From: Minisyncoccota bacterium
GTDB taxonomy: Bacteria > Patescibacteriota > Minisyncoccia > Phycocordibacterales > UBA9973
DNA: 43,640 bases
Reading direction: 5' to 3'
Assembly (NCBI GenBank): GCA_017992215.1
Contig: JAGOOZ010000001.1
Location: forward strand, 1-43,640
Of the stretch, positions 7,998-16,143 are shown piece after piece. A model generated the notes under the pieces. It saw only the letters and a list, made by a program, of their open reading frames with translations. It was not told where the DNA came from and searched no databases. Numbering within the stretch: position 1 is the stretch's first letter; each line of letters begins with the position of its first letter. Made by a program: the position numbers and the translations under genes.

Positions 7998-8675
7998 TTA
8001 CTTTGCACTTTCTGGTGCATCTGTAATGTTTACCACTTCAAAACGACCGAAGCGACCTTTTTTCCAGGGTCTGAAATCTCCTACTCCAACTTTTGATCCG
8101 GAACAGGTAAATAACTCCATCAATAATTTATTATCAATTTTTGATGTATCATTAATTTTCACTGTTACCTTAAATGCCCATTCATTAAACTTCGGACGAA
8201 TAATAGCAACAGCTACGGGTGTTTTCCCTGCAGATCCTACGCCTCTCCGGGTGTCAACTTCCCATTTTTCTTCTGCGCTTTTCTGGTCTAAAAAAGGAAG
8301 GAAGGACTCCTTCACATCAATCAGATCATACAGCTCAGTACTGGTTGCAGTGGAAATTGCCTTTTTGCCGTTAATTTTAATTTGACGACCACCATTGATG
8401 AGACACCCTAAAAGATATTCGATAGGTAAACCAATTTTACCATCAGGTTTCGAATCTTCACGAATAATCTTATCAGCAGCACGATCCTTTAATGGTCTTT
8501 CTTTTTGAGAAGCCATTGAGGTTTTCGCCTTAATTCCGGCCAATTCTTCCAACGTTTCTTTTGTCATTGGATTCATAAGAATAGGAGTAATTCCTGTGCA
8601 CTCGATAACAACTGTGCGAGTCGCTGAATTGGTACTTTTACCGGTACCATTGTCAGAAGCATTAGAGCCTGCCAT
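7998..8675 (-). CDS. Hypothetical 225-aa protein with RAMP (Cas7/Csm3/Csf2-like) sequence patterns
   Basis: N-terminal strand VVIECTGITPILMN. Then DKIIRED..GKIGLPIEYLLGCLINGGR, resembling D-x-P-h-h-R-D...hPhhPGSShKGxhR. Near the C-terminus, a glycine-rich loop GVGDFRPWKKGRFGRFEV. This is pattern recall, not an alignment. Confidence 0.4.
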   Translation of the reverse strand: MAGSNASDNGTGKSTNSATRTVVIECTGITPILMNPMTKETLEELAGIKAKTSMASQKERPLKDRAADKIIREDSKPDGKIGLPIEYLLGCLINGGRQIKINGKKAISTATSTELYDLIDVKESFLPFLDQKSAEEKWEVDTRRGVGSAGKTPVAVAIIRPKFNEWAFKVTVKINDTSKIDNKLLMELFTCSGSKVGVGDFRPWKKGRFGRFEVVNITDAPESAK

Positions 8676-8729
8676 ACTTTATTTTTGTTTTTTTGATTTA
8701 AAATAATTTAGACATAAACTATCATTTAT

Positions 8730-8744
8730 TTGACTATATGTCAA
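8730..8744. promoter_or_regulatory. 15-bp palindrome TTGAC-TATAT-GTCAA in the divergent promoter region
   Basis: Perfect inverted repeat between the divergent genes 7998-8675(-) and rmuC(+). Each arm is a -35-like hexamer (TTGACT / TTGACA). Confidence 0.4.
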
Positions 8745-8826
8745 GTAGATGTGGTAATTAAATAAACCTAGATAAGGTGACTCATCGCAACACATAAAAA
8801 TAAGTTGTTTATGCTAAAATAGCACT

Positions 8827-9879
8827 ATGTCTACCGTACTTATGATTGTGCTTGGGATTCTTGTTGGCCTTACTATTGGCTTCTTTTTTATGCGTCAAAA
8901 TCGGAAACCCGAAAGCGCAAAAGATGATACAGGATTCCAACTACTCCTCTCTCATATCAATGAACTTGGTCGAACGATTGACCAGAAACTTTCTGATTCA
9001 CAGAAAGATATGAATCAATCAATGCGATATCAATCTACCGAGACATCACGCATTATTGCCGATATTACCGAGAAAATCACTCGTCTCGATGAGACTAATA
9101 AACAAGTCGTTTCATTTGCTGACCAATTAAAGAATTTGCAAGATATATTGAAGAATCCAAAACAGCGTGGAATCCTCGGAGAATACTATCTCGAAACACT
9201 TCTTAAAAATGTGATGCCTCCCGGTAGTTACCAAATGCAATACGCATTCCCTGATAGTACGATTGTCGATGCGGCGGTATTTGTGAAAGACAAAATCATT
9301 CCAATTGATTCAAAATTCTCACTTGAAAATTACAATCGTATTTCAGAAACAAATGACCCAGCTGAGAAAGAACGCTTTGAGAAAATATTTGTAAATGATT
9401 TGAAGAATCGAATTGTCGAAACATCAAAATACATCCAACCCGAAGAAGGTACGATGGACTTCGCATTTATGTTTATCCCTCACGAAGCTATCTATTATGA
9501 TTTACTCATCAACAAAATCGGCGCAGTAACCGAAGACACAGAGAATCTGATTCAGCGTGCGGCAAGTAAATATAAAGTTATCATTGTGTCCCCTACATCA
9601 TTCCTCGCATATTTACAGACAGTGCTTCAGGGATTGAAAGCACTTCAAATCGAAGAGTCCGCCAAAGATATCATCAAACGTGTCGGAGAACTAGGAACGC
9701 ACCTGCGTACGTACGAAGAAGCACACCAGAAGCTCGGTAATGCCCTCGCAACAACCGTAAACCATTTCAACAAATCAAATCATGAATTTAGAAAAATAGA
9801 CAAAGATGTGATGCGCATCACGGGTGATGCGATAAGCATTGAAGCACTCACTCTCGACAAACCACAAGATGATGAATAA
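8827..9879 (+). CDS. rmuC: DNA recombination protein RmuC
   Basis: N-terminal TM helix, coiled-coil region, KQRGILGE motif and a C-terminal nuclease-like core (FMFIPHEAIY). An extended -10 TGcTAAAAT lies 6 nt upstream of the ATG. Confidence 0.85.
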   Translation: MSTVLMIVLGILVGLTIGFFFMRQNRKPESAKDDTGFQLLLSHINELGRTIDQKLSDSQKDMNQSMRYQSTETSRIIADITEKITRLDETNKQVVSFADQLKNLQDILKNPKQRGILGEYYLETLLKNVMPPGSYQMQYAFPDSTIVDAAVFVKDKIIPIDSKFSLENYNRISETNDPAEKERFEKIFVNDLKNRIVETSKYIQPEEGTMDFAFMFIPHEAIYYDLLINKIGAVTEDTENLIQRAASKYKVIIVSPTSFLAYLQTVLQGLKALQIEESAKDIIKRVGELGTHLRTYEEAHQKLGNALATTVNHFNKSNHEFRKIDKDVMRITGDAISIEALTLDKPQDDE

Positions 9880-9880
9880 T

Positions 9881-9910
9881 AAAACACCACACAGTACTGT
9901 GTGGTGTTTT
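9881..9910. terminator. Bidirectional terminator hairpin
   Basis: Perfect palindrome aaaacaccacacagt/actgtgtggtgtttt with flanking A/T runs, between convergent genes. Confidence 0.8.
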
Positions 9911-9919
9911 ATTATTTTC

Positions 9920-10351
9920 TTAGTAAAAACATGGAGGCTGGAAACATGATCGCCCAGCATAATTATTTCCATACATTCCATAACTAGGATAATAGTATGA
10001 TGAATTCATTGGTGAATGATACGATGATTGATTGTATGATGGGTACACATAATCAGTCATTGTAATAGGAGTCTGATAGTAATATGACGGAAACTGATTT
10101 TGTACTTGTGGTAGATATGGAGCCTGTGAATACAGAGGATTCATCATATTATAGTTTGTATTGTAATAATTAGTATTATTATAATACTGCTGTTGTGGAT
10201 ATCCACCATAATACGGCTGATTAAAGCCCATTCCACCAATACCGAGACCGATAGAAAAATTCCAACCAGCCAATGCTTGAGACGGGGCGACAAAAAGACC
10301 GAGGGCAATAAACATAAACGTCACTGACGTAATACTGTATACTTTTTTCAT
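9920..10351 (-). CDS. Secreted low-complexity Tyr/Asn/Gln/Pro-rich protein
   Basis: Start taken at MKKVYSITSVTFMFIALGLFVAPSQALA (signal peptide). The mature part is dominated by Y, N, Q, P and S and ends in CFQPPCFY. Confidence 0.65.
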   Translation of the reverse strand: MKKVYSITSVTFMFIALGLFVAPSQALAGWNFSIGLGIGGMGFNQPYYGGYPQQQYYNNTNYYNTNYNMMNPLYSQAPYLPQVQNQFPSYYYQTPITMTDYVYPSYNQSSYHSPMNSSYYYPSYGMYGNNYAGRSCFQPPCFY

Positions 10352-10418
10352 AATATACGTATTGTAACGCAATTTATCTTTTTGTCAATATACTTAACGC
10401 TAACACGACAAGCCCCTA

Positions 10419-10865
10419 TTACTGGGTCTTCCCTTGTTCAGAGAGAATCTTTTTAATATTAAATCGCATTGAAAGTAATCGTCCAATCATTGCACCCTCG
10501 ATAAAACTGAATGTAAATGACGTAAGAATGAGACCCTTGAACCAATGTGCAAATATCCAACTTCGAGCAATTGAAACCGTAATATAAATTGCAAGCACAA
10601 TTCCACCAAGGAGATCAATATTGCTGATGATTTTACTATCTTCTTCGCGCCATTTAATAAGAAACATTCTTCCTGCAAGAAATCCAACAATACAACCAAG
10701 CACCACACCAAAAAATACCAAAAGAAAACCAATATGACTGATGTACATATTGTAGACAAGTACACCTGTCATTACACAGAGAATAATAGTAAGAATACGC
10801 ATTCTCCGTGCAAGTTTTTTATCAAGATGTTTTTTGAACTCAGGTTCGATATTTATACTAAGCAT
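10419..10865 (-). CDS. Hypothetical integral membrane protein (4 predicted TM helices)
   Basis: 148-aa hydrophobic ORF overlapping the upstream PspC-domain gene by 8 nt (operon-like). Confidence 0.6.
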   Translation of the reverse strand: MLSINIEPEFKKHLDKKLARRMRILTIILCVMTGVLVYNMYISHIGFLLVFFGVVLGCIVGFLAGRMFLIKWREEDSKIISNIDLLGGIVLAIYITVSIARSWIFAHWFKGLILTSFTFSFIEGAMIGRLLSMRFNIKKILSEQGKTQ

Positions 10866-11115
10866 TTACTTCGTTTTTTTCTTCTTTTACTTCTTCTGCT
10901 TTTTCGTAAATCACGCGAGGAGGTAGAGGCATCATCATTGCCATTAAAATATATGCAATGACACCTGGAAAAAAGCCAGTAAAAATAGCGAATGCCGTAA
11001 ACGATACACGAAAGATAACTGGATCAATATCAAAATATTCTCCAAGCCCACCCATCACACCAAAGATAACTTTATTTTCTCTGCTTCGATATAGTAATTT
11101 TTTATATGTTTTCAT
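10858..11115 (-). CDS. PspC-domain membrane protein
   Basis: LYRSRENKVIFGVMGGLGEYFDIDPVIFRV followed by a TM helix, the canonical PspC domain pattern. Confidence 0.8.
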   Translation of the reverse strand: MKTYKKLLYRSRENKVIFGVMGGLGEYFDIDPVIFRVSFTAFAIFTGFFPGVIAYILMAMMMPLPPRVIYEKAEEVKEEKNEVNA

Positions 11116-11351
11116 ACGAGAGAGTATATCATATTAAATAATTTCTTTTAAAAAACTGAAGTCAATTTGATATTTTTAGATAGAATGTGTTACTTGCAAA
11201 ACATAAATAATCATCGTCAAAATGTGCTCATTTCGACGCAATTTTTACGTTCATTAAATTCAAGTACCTTCTTGTGTTTCTTTCCGAAACACCCGCGAAG
11301 CAAATTCGAGCTTTTTTGTATTGAACGCTTCGCTTGCAAAAAACACGAATT

Positions 11352-11425
11352 TGGCTTGGGGACAGGGATTCGAACCCCAATTAACGGCTTCAAAGGCCGC
11401 TGTCCTACCATTAGACGATCCCCAA
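11352..11425 (-). tRNA. tRNA-Gln (anticodon UUG), CCA encoded
   Basis: Minus strand: UUGGGGA acceptor, D arm GUCU/GGAC, anticodon stem GCGGC/GCCGU with loop CUUUGAA, T arm UGGGG-UUCGAAU-CCCUG, UCCCCAA-G-CCA. Confidence 0.9.
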
Positions 11426-11583
11426 ATAGTATATTCAATTTTACTTATATTTTAGTTCTGTCCTGACCCACCACCCATGTAATCTATGTTACGTGTGGTC
11501 CATTACGATCCTAAAATGAAACAGTTACAGAATACATTAAATAGGGCACTTTTTCAACCCTACCCTATGCTATAATCAAATAC

Positions 11584-12600
11584 ATGAATACAAATACTAT
11601 TGAAAGAAATTTTTTCTTTGCATTACTTGGGGTCGTTATTATACTTGCTATTACGATATTTTTCCCATTCCTCTCGGTGATTATCTTGGGTATGGCGTTT
11701 TCTATTGTCCTCCGCCCAATATATGTATGGATTAAAAAATATATTACCAAAAGATTTGATTGGCTCGCATCACTTTTAACTGTTCTTTTTTTTCTTATCA
11801 TCCTCTTTGTTCCCCTCTTTACTCTCAGTACCGCAGTGATACATCAATCACAAAATATTTATCATTCTGTTGTCGACGGAGGAAGTGCAACTCCATTCCT
11901 AGAATCAATCAACAATACCATCAATGGTATTGCCCCAAAATACATTACAACGAATACAACAAGTGTTATCGGTAATATGGCATCATTTGTTTCAGATAAT
12001 GTCGCAGGGCTCTTTGCTTCGACACTCAAAACAATATTGATGTTTATACTCTTCATACTAACCTTGTTTTATGCAATCAAAGATGGAGCAGTTCTCAAAA
12101 AAGGATTTCTCTTACTGAGTCCACTCAAAAATGATACGAATGAAAAAATATTAAATAAACTTTCTCTAACGATTAATGGAATCATTAAAGGGTATTTTAT
12201 TATCGCTATTGCCCAGGGAATACTCATGGGTGTCGGACTCGCAATATTCGACGTTCCAAATCCGGTACTCTGGGGTGTCGTCGCTGGTGTTGCGTCACTC
12301 GTACCGACAATAGGCACTGCATTTATCTCTGTACCAGTTATTATTTTCTTGTGGTTTAGTGGCATGCAAACACAAGCAATCGGTATGCTCATCTGGGCAG
12401 GTGCTCTCGTCGGAATGGTAGACAATGTCCTCTCTCCATTTATTATCGGTAAAAAGACAGATATTCCCCCACTCCTTATACTCTTCTCAGTTCTCGGTGG
12501 TGTGTCTCTCATGGGAGCTATCGGAATTCTTGTTGGTCCACTCGTCATCAGTCTCCTCTACACACTTATCTCAATCTACCGAGCAGAAGCAAATCTGTAA
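11584..12600 (+). CDS. AI-2E family transporter (PerM/UPF0118)
   Basis: 338 aa, 7-8 TM helices, conserved central and C-terminal patterns (GVVAGVASLVPTIG, GPLV). Extended -10 TGcTATAAT lies 7 nt upstream of the ATG. Confidence 0.8.
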   Translation: MNTNTIERNFFFALLGVVIILAITIFFPFLSVIILGMAFSIVLRPIYVWIKKYITKRFDWLASLLTVLFFLIILFVPLFTLSTAVIHQSQNIYHSVVDGGSATPFLESINNTINGIAPKYITTNTTSVIGNMASFVSDNVAGLFASTLKTILMFILFILTLFYAIKDGAVLKKGFLLLSPLKNDTNEKILNKLSLTINGIIKGYFIIAIAQGILMGVGLAIFDVPNPVLWGVVAGVASLVPTIGTAFISVPVIIFLWFSGMQTQAIGMLIWAGALVGMVDNVLSPFIIGKKTDIPPLLILFSVLGGVSLMGAIGILVGPLVISLLYTLISIYRAEANL

Positions 12601-12607
12601 TCAAGAC

Positions 12608-12646
12608 GTAACATAAAATCCTCTCTATGAGAGGATTTTATGTTAC
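12608..12646. terminator. Bidirectional terminator hairpin (18-bp stem)
   Basis: gtaacataaaatcctctc / gagaggattttatgttac between convergent genes. Confidence 0.75.
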
Positions 12647-13890
12647 GCATTATTCCCCGCTACAAATCCTGTTGTCCAACAGAGTTGCAAACTATATCCA
12701 CCAGACGGTCTCTGTACATGAAGCAAATCACCCGTCACATATACATTTGATATGATTTTTGATCGCATTGTTTTTGTATCAATATAAGAAATATCAACAC
12801 CCCCATCAGCAACCACCGCCCTGTCATACCCCATAAGATTCGTAATTGTAACAGGTAGTGCTTTCAACATATGCACGATTTTCTTTCGTTGTTCTTTTGT
12901 CACACTATGAACTTTTGTTTCAAAATCAATCTCAGGAAGAAGTGTTTGAATTGCAGTATGCATCCCCTCTGGGGTTATTTCTTTACATACATTTTTTAAT
13001 GCCTTATTTTTATTCGCATCAAAAACTTTTATGATTTGCTGTTCAAGTGAACCCAAGTTTGTATCTGGATAGGCGTCAATATATGCTCGTACCACACCAG
13101 ATTGCAACAACTCCGAAACTTTCGAAGCACTATTGAGAATAAGTGGACCTGACAGTCCGAAGTGTGTAAATAAAATTTTCCCTGTTTTTGAAAATTGTTT
13201 TTTGTCGTCAAGAAAGAATGTAATCTTCATAAATGAAAGTGACACACCAGCAAGTGCGTGTATCCACGAATCAGAAACCTCGAGGGGTACGATAGAAGGA
13301 GTAGGTTCTTTTATGGTATGACCAAGATATTTCAAAAAACCAAATCCATCCCCTGTTGAGCCAGTTTCTGGATGCGACATTCCACCAGTCGCAAAGATAA
13401 ATGATTGTGCATAAAAAATACCACTTTTTGTTTCGACTGATACAACAGTAGTATTTTCGTGATTGATTGTATGTACAGGTGAGTTTGTCTTCACTGTAAC
13501 ATGGTGTTTATCTAATTCTTTTTGCAATACAAGAAACACATCTTTTGCATTTTCTGTATGTGGAAACGCACGCTTACGTGCTTGTACAACCAGAGGAAGT
13601 CCTCGTGATTCAAAATATGTAAATGTATCCTTCATACCAAACTGAGAAAAAGGCGAATAGAGAAATGGTTCAGCATCCCCATAATGAGCAAGTAGTGTGC
13701 GGATATTTTCTTCAGCGTTTGTAATATTACACCTTCCACCACCAGTGATTTTCAATTTCTCACCGAGTGATTTATTCTTTTCGAGAATGAGGACAGATTT
13801 CCCTCGAGAACCTGCAACAGCCGCGGCCATCATACCACTTGCACCACCACCTATGACAATCACATCCCATATTTTTTTACTTTTCTCCAT
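12643..13890 (-). CDS. NAD(P)/FAD-dependent oxidoreductase, HI0933/YhiN (BaiN-like) family
   Basis: Start at MEKSKKIWDVIVIGGGASGMMAA (dinucleotide-binding GxGxxG). TGGGRCNITN motif. The longer ORF-track start lies inside dnaX. Confidence 0.85.
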   Translation of the reverse strand: MEKSKKIWDVIVIGGGASGMMAAAVAGSRGKSVLILEKNKSLGEKLKITGGGRCNITNAEENIRTLLAHYGDAEPFLYSPFSQFGMKDTFTYFESRGLPLVVQARKRAFPHTENAKDVFLVLQKELDKHHVTVKTNSPVHTINHENTTVVSVETKSGIFYAQSFIFATGGMSHPETGSTGDGFGFLKYLGHTIKEPTPSIVPLEVSDSWIHALAGVSLSFMKITFFLDDKKQFSKTGKILFTHFGLSGPLILNSASKVSELLQSGVVRAYIDAYPDTNLGSLEQQIIKVFDANKNKALKNVCKEITPEGMHTAIQTLLPEIDFETKVHSVTKEQRKKIVHMLKALPVTITNLMGYDRAVVADGGVDISYIDTKTMRSKIISNVYVTGDLLHVQRPSGGYSLQLCWTTGFVAGNNA

Positions 13891-14935
13891 TCTGTATTTG
13901 CACAAGTGCGAGTTCAAGTGGAAGTTCTGAGACGACAGCAGTACGAGTACGCTGATATGCTTCAAGTAGCACCGTCAAAGCATGTGAGGATAATGTACTT
14001 GGTTTTGAAGCAACAAGATTCGTCAAAAAAGAAAGTTCTTGTGCAGAGAGACTTTTCTCGAGATGTGAAGATTGTTGTGGAGCATACCTGAGCATTAATG
14101 CATATCGTAATTTTACAATAATCATTTTCGTAAAGAGTGACATATCGATATTTTGTTCTGATGCAGTTCGAATCGCAGTATATCCTTTCTCAATATCATT
14201 CGAAGCAAGTGCATCGAGAAATGAATGAACGAGAGATGCCTCAGGTGCTCCTGTGACTGATTCGATTTCTTTTAGAGTAATCTTCTTGTCTTTTGAATAT
14301 GAAATAACTTTCTGAAGCGTACCAAGTGCATCTCGAAAGGCACCTGATGCAAGGAGTGCAATAAGCTCTGCTCCACCCTCAGCAAGTGTGTAACCCTCTT
14401 TCTTTGCGACACGAGTAATAACTTCAGCCAAGATAGCATCAGTTGGTTTCTTGAAAATAAATGTCTGACAGCGTGAGACGATTGTCTCTGGGACTTTCTC
14501 GAGTTCTGTGGTCGCAAGAATAAAGATGACGTGTGCTGGTGGTTCTTCGATAGTTTTCAAAAGTGCATTCCATGCCTCCTTTGTGAGCATGTGGACTTCA
14601 TCGAGAATATACACTTTGTATTTTGAATCAAACGGCATCGTACGGACACTTTCGCGAATATCACGAGCATCCTCAATCTTGCGATTTGAAGCTGCGTCCA
14701 TTTCATAAATATCATTGACCGATGAACCAAGTGTACGAGCGATAATACGAGCAATTGTTGTCTTACCTGTACCGCGAGGACCAGAGAGAAGGTATGCGTG
14801 AGCAACCTTACCTGATTCAAATGCCCCCTCAATTGCTTTAACGATATGATCCTGCCCGATAACATCTTCAAATGTTTCTGGACGATATTTCCGATAGAGA
14901 GCGATATTCTGTTCTGTTTTTTCAGTCTTTGGCAT
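13877..14935 (-). CDS. dnaX: DNA polymerase III subunit gamma/tau (short, gamma-length form)
   Basis: YRPETFEDVIGQ, Walker A GPRGTGKTT, ILDEVHML, SRC sensor (IVSRCQTF). Only 352 aa, with no tau C-terminal domains. Confidence 0.9.
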   Translation of the reverse strand: MPKTEKTEQNIALYRKYRPETFEDVIGQDHIVKAIEGAFESGKVAHAYLLSGPRGTGKTTIARIIARTLGSSVNDIYEMDAASNRKIEDARDIRESVRTMPFDSKYKVYILDEVHMLTKEAWNALLKTIEEPPAHVIFILATTELEKVPETIVSRCQTFIFKKPTDAILAEVITRVAKKEGYTLAEGGAELIALLASGAFRDALGTLQKVISYSKDKKITLKEIESVTGAPEASLVHSFLDALASNDIEKGYTAIRTASEQNIDMSLFTKMIIVKLRYALMLRYAPQQSSHLEKSLSAQELSFLTNLVASKPSTLSSHALTVLLEAYQRTRTAVVSELPLELALVQIQNGEK

Positions 14936-14994
14936 AGGTGTAGTATAGCAGAACAGTAAATTATTTGGTATGATACTAAAAAATATAATTTGTT

Positions 14995-15456
14995 ATGTAT
15001 ACCTACAATGAGCTTTTAAAAATCTGCAAAAATGCAGGTATTGACCCTCTCAACAAGGGTACTTGTGAACACCACAAACTTCTAATTGTATACTGGGAAA
15101 AATCCCCAGTGAATATTGAAACATTAAACTTTCCCAAACAAACCACAAAACAACTCTCAAAAATTAAAGAGTTACTAGACATTGTTTTAAGTCAAAAAGA
15201 AGGTTGTAATGTATTTAATCCCCTGATGGACCTTGGACCTCGAGGAGATGTTCTTAATACAACTGCAGATACCTTAAAATACTGGTTCAAAAGGGGGTGT
15301 AAATCAGCAAAAATCAATTCTAATCATTACGGATTTTGCCTTGGTGATTTTCATAAAATTGATTTTAAGGAAGAAAAAAGCATGAGAGAAGAACGCATGC
15401 AATACAACCAGGAATTGCAAGAAAGTTTACTTTTTGGAGGAGTAAGGATGAAATAA
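14995..15456 (+). CDS. Hypothetical protein
   Basis: 153-aa ORF followed by two terminator hairpins (15488-15520, 15538-15562). No recognisable family. Confidence 0.5.
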   Translation: MYTYNELLKICKNAGIDPLNKGTCEHHKLLIVYWEKSPVNIETLNFPKQTTKQLSKIKELLDIVLSQKEGCNVFNPLMDLGPRGDVLNTTADTLKYWFKRGCKSAKINSNHYGFCLGDFHKIDFKEEKSMREERMQYNQELQESLLFGGVRMK

Positions 15457-15569
15457 GTTCGTATTTTAAACAAAAGTAATTAAGACCATAAAACACTGTA
15501 AATTCTGCAGTGTTTTATTATTTTTATAAAAATAATAAACCCCACAACATGTGGGGTTTAAGGTATGTG

Positions 15570-16016
15570 TTATAAAAAAAGTTTTAAAGAAATCTGCACA
15601 CCAAATGAATGAGACTTATCAATTTCAATGATAGCTGAACCAGTCCATGCATCATTAATACTATTAATCATCTCAATAATTTTAGATGGAAATGAAGTAA
15701 TAATACTCATCTTTCCATCGCTAGCATCATTTCTTCCAAAACTCATCTCTTCTTTTTCTGCTGGAAATAATGCTTCTCTAACGAGACATTTTATCCGCGG
15801 AAAAGAACATTGAACATCACGACATTCTTCTCCTAGAAAAGATATTTGTTTTGGATCAGGGAGTAATTTAAGCAAGAATGCAATAACTGTTTTTTCAATT
15901 TCAGAATCTTTCATTGTTAAATCATTTTTTACACTTTTCAATGTGTCTGTAATGCGCACCTTGTCTTCAAGCAAAGATGCAAGTGACTGCTTTAAATTCA
16001 AATCTGTTGTTCCCAT
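15570..16016 (-). CDS. Hypothetical protein
   Basis: 148-aa ORF convergent with 14995-15456. No recognisable family. Its start codon is embedded in a 17-bp hairpin. Confidence 0.5.
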   Translation of the reverse strand: MGTTDLNLKQSLASLLEDKVRITDTLKSVKNDLTMKDSEIEKTVIAFLLKLLPDPKQISFLGEECRDVQCSFPRIKCLVREALFPAEKEEMSFGRNDASDGKMSIITSFPSKIIEMINSINDAWTGSAIIEIDKSHSFGVQISLKLFL

Positions 16017-16057
16017 AATTAAAGAGTATTTTTGATAAAGTACTCTTTAATTATGGG
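16012..16057 (-). promoter_or_regulatory. 17-bp perfect inverted repeat sequestering the start codon of 15570-16016
   Basis: cccataattaaagagta (16012-16028) / tactctttaattatggg (16041-16057), 12-nt loop. On the minus-strand mRNA the 3' arm contains UAAUUAUGGG, i.e. the AUG. Confidence 0.5.
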
Positions 16058-16143
16058 AAAGTCAAATATATAAACACATATTCTTTGCCTGTTGACCTCA
16101 CCTATACAATACGGTAATCTAAATAAAAATAAATCTTTCTTAT

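Noticed and set aside
11167-11466. ORFs 11167-11466 (+) and 11217-11438 (-)
   Set aside because: Both overlap tRNA-Gln and its flanks, and neither has coding-like features.
16103-16115. 13-nt identity tatacaatacggt upstream of pcp (16103-16115) and of the SBP gene (37827-37839), considered as a shared regulatory site
   Set aside because: Only two copies were seen. The shared segment contains a -10-like TACAAT, so it may just reflect promoter similarity. The distance to the start codon differs (28 versus 1 nt). This is insufficient evidence for a regulon.
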